A stretch of 63,443 nt of DNA, the filler included, from Octopus bimaculoides (Eukaryota): the NCBI RefSeq assembly GCF_001194135.2. It is 4 parts of 4 records of this genome, joined end to end, with 100 filler letters (N's around TTAATTAATTAA, not from the genome) between each part and the next. Parts side by side here need not be neighbours in the genome. Positions count along the whole stretch, not along the records: positions 57,141 to 63,443 come from NC_068991.1; 3 more parts are not named here. One strand, 5' to 3'. How positions within the stretch are numbered: position 1 is the stretch's first letter; every line of letters begins with the position of its first letter. The notes beneath the pieces are model-generated. The model did no database searches. It had not been told where the DNA came from and saw nothing but the letters and a program-made list of their open reading frames with translations. Shown here in pieces: positions 61,546 through 63,443 of the stretch. The position numbers and the translations under genes are program-made.

Positions 61546-62045
61546 TTTAATCTGCATCTTTGTTACAGTCACTTTCCAAGGCACACCCAGCGTCCTGGGG
61601 TGAGTGAAGGATAAGAAATGTTACAATATAGCTGAAAGTTTGGGGAGGGGAGGTAGTGATATACCTTCATGTAATACAACACAGACATTTAAATGGATAG
61701 AGTTTTCTAAGGATGTGGGCAGTACTTGTTACCCCAATCTTTTGGCTTTCTCTGAGACATGGTTCTCCTGGGATCTTATCTAGATGTTTCTGACATCCCC
61801 CTTTTTTTTTATCATACCTAGGGAACCTACAATAACAGGAACAGTTCTCCTTTTAAGATACCACATCTTTTGTATTTCAATTTCCCTGTCCTTATATTTG
61901 CTTAGTTTGTCAAATTCCTTGATAGATATATTTTTATCAGTGGGAACATTTACATCTCTTAGTGTACAAGTATTTTCTTCCCCGTCTTTAATAATTATGT
62001 CTGGTCGGTTAACCTGGATCGTTCTGTCGGTGTTAGACCTTCAAC
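61546..62045 (-). mobile_element. R4/Dong-like LINE 3' end (RLE domain + 3' UTR)
   Basis: Minus-strand translation TDRTIQVNRPDIIIKD...DVNVPTDKNISIKEFDKLSKYKDREIEIQKMW...PVIVGSLGMIKK...TAHILRK shows the PD..D..K RLE motif; ends in (AAT)n. Confidence 0.88.
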
Positions 62046-62155
62046 GACCGACTCAGGATGATGTTCATACCAGTAAGTAAGAGTGCTGATTTTTTAGTGT
62101 GAATGTTCTTACCAGTAAGGCGTGCTGATTTTGTAGTGTAGCTAATTTTGTAGTG

Positions 62156-62295
62156 TCTTCTTCTTCTTCTTCTTCTTCTTCTTCTTCTTCTTCTTCTTCT
62201 TCTTCTTCTTCTTCTTCTTCTTCTTCTTCTTCTTCTTCTTTTTCTTCTTCTTCTTCTTCTTCTTTTTCTTTTTCTTCTTCTTCTTCTTCTTCTTT
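62156..62295. repeat. (CTT)n microsatellite
   Basis: Directly visible; source of the poly-E/poly-R ORFs. Confidence 0.97.
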
Positions 62296-62378
62296 TAAAA
62301 GGATTGGCACATAACTCTTCACAAAGGCAAACAGTCAAGACGAAGAGCGCGATTCGATTGTGATAGATATTTTATTGG

Positions 62379-62421
62379 TTGAACGACATTTCGACAGTAA
62401 GCCTGTCTTTGTCGAGTTCAA
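62379..62421 (-). ncRNA. Type I hammerhead-like motif with variant core UCGACAA (U3:A8 covariation, U4C)
   Basis: Minus strand ttgaac-TCGACAA-a-gacag(gctta)ctgtc-GAAA-tg-TC-gttcaa: perfect 6-bp stem I, 5-bp stem II, GUC site, followed by AATAAA. Confidence 0.6.
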
Positions 62422-62643
62422 AATAAGAAATGCTAAAAATTCAAAATTATAGAAATTTAAATTTAAAGTATGAACGAGAGAAACCAGCGTCCACACGTTG
62501 ATGGAATGACGTCATCAATCTCTAAGCTTCAATTTTATAACAGGTGAAGAGAAAAAGACAGAAAGAAAGAGCAAAGAAAAAAATAAAGGAAAAAAAGAAG
62601 AATATTTAATCAAACAGTTTTGTATAAATTTGATGATATTCGC

Positions 62644-62795
62644 CTGTTAGGAAGGACATCCTGCCGTAAAAAAACCGTCAAAACAGGTACAGTAGCCTGG
62701 GATAGCTTTCTGCTTGACTGGCTCCTGTCAAATTGTCCAACCCATGCCTGCATGGAAGGTGGGCGTTAAATGATGATGAGGATGATGATGATGAT
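62644..62795 (+). mobile_element. Interspersed repeat family F 3' end with (ATG)n tail
   Basis: ttaggaaggacatcc...ccaacccatgcctgcatggaagg.gggcgttaaatgatgatga. Confidence 0.65.
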
Positions 62796-63224
62796 ATATA
62801 TATATATATACACACACACATTTTTGTGTGTATGTGTGTATACATATACACACATATATACATATAGATATATGTATATACATATATTCAAGAAATGAGT
62901 CTGAAACTAATATATCAGAATTTCCAACAACAAAAACTCTTGTTATGCGTGAAGACCGACTTCTAAGATTCCTTTTCAATTTGACTTTTGTCAATATAAA
63001 GAATTAGTGATTGATCCATTAGATATCTACAATTAACGGCCTTATTTCTCACACGACGTATGATATACAAAATTCCAAATGAAAATTATGTCATCCTACA
63101 TTTTAGAAAGTAAAAATAAGCAAAGTGAAATGATAATAATAAATTCATTCAAAAAACAGTAAATAATTCCAGCAAAGAGATCATCATACTTACGAAGATA
63201 ATTAAATATTTCCTTTGCGGACTA

Positions 63225-63387
63225 CGTGGCTGTGTGGTAAGTAGCTTGCTTACGAACCACATGGTTCCGGCTTCAGTCCCACTGCGTGGCACCTTGGGCA
63301 AGTATCTTCTACTATAACCTCGGGCCGACCAAAGCCTTGTGAGTGGATTTGGTAGACGGAAACTGAAAGAAGCCTGTCGTATATATG

Positions 63388-63422
<35 letters not shown>

Positions 63423-63443
63423 ATATGTTTGTGTGTCTGTGTT
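63225..63443 (+). mobile_element. SINE family A head, body and internal microsatellite; runs off the window end
   Basis: tggctgtgtggtaag (A box), ggcttcagtccc (B box), body, (TA)n(TG)n, start of tail. Confidence 0.92.

Overview
AT-rich, microsatellite-dense animal genomic scaffold with roughly 10 kb of N-gaps. The SINE families resemble those I recall from octopus (cephalopod) genomes; this is an inference and no search was run. No host protein-coding gene can be called with confidence, and most long ORFs in the track are artefacts of gaps or simple repeats. Recognisable coding remnants are all dead mobile elements: a Penelope-like RT (3.9-5.4 kb), a mariner transposase (13.5-14.6 kb), a CR1-type RT (32.2-32.7 kb), two R4/Dong-like RLE LINE 3' ends, a gag-like zinc-knuckle ORF1 (59.8-61.2 kb) and short Tc1/mariner C-termini. 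There are also at least three tRNA-derived SINE families, two MITE-like foldback elements and a 120-bp 28S rRNA fragment. The most interesting signal, read by eye, is eight type I hammerhead-ribozyme-like motifs from five unrelated sequence families. Three have fully canonical cores (32815+, 49361+, 50422-). One has a compensatory U3:A8 core (62379-), two share an A6U core (18211+, 46269+), and two are decayed. The 50422 motif lies inside a 323-bp unit bounded by a direct repeat, the architecture expected of a non-LTR retrozyme (circRNA-derived) insertion.
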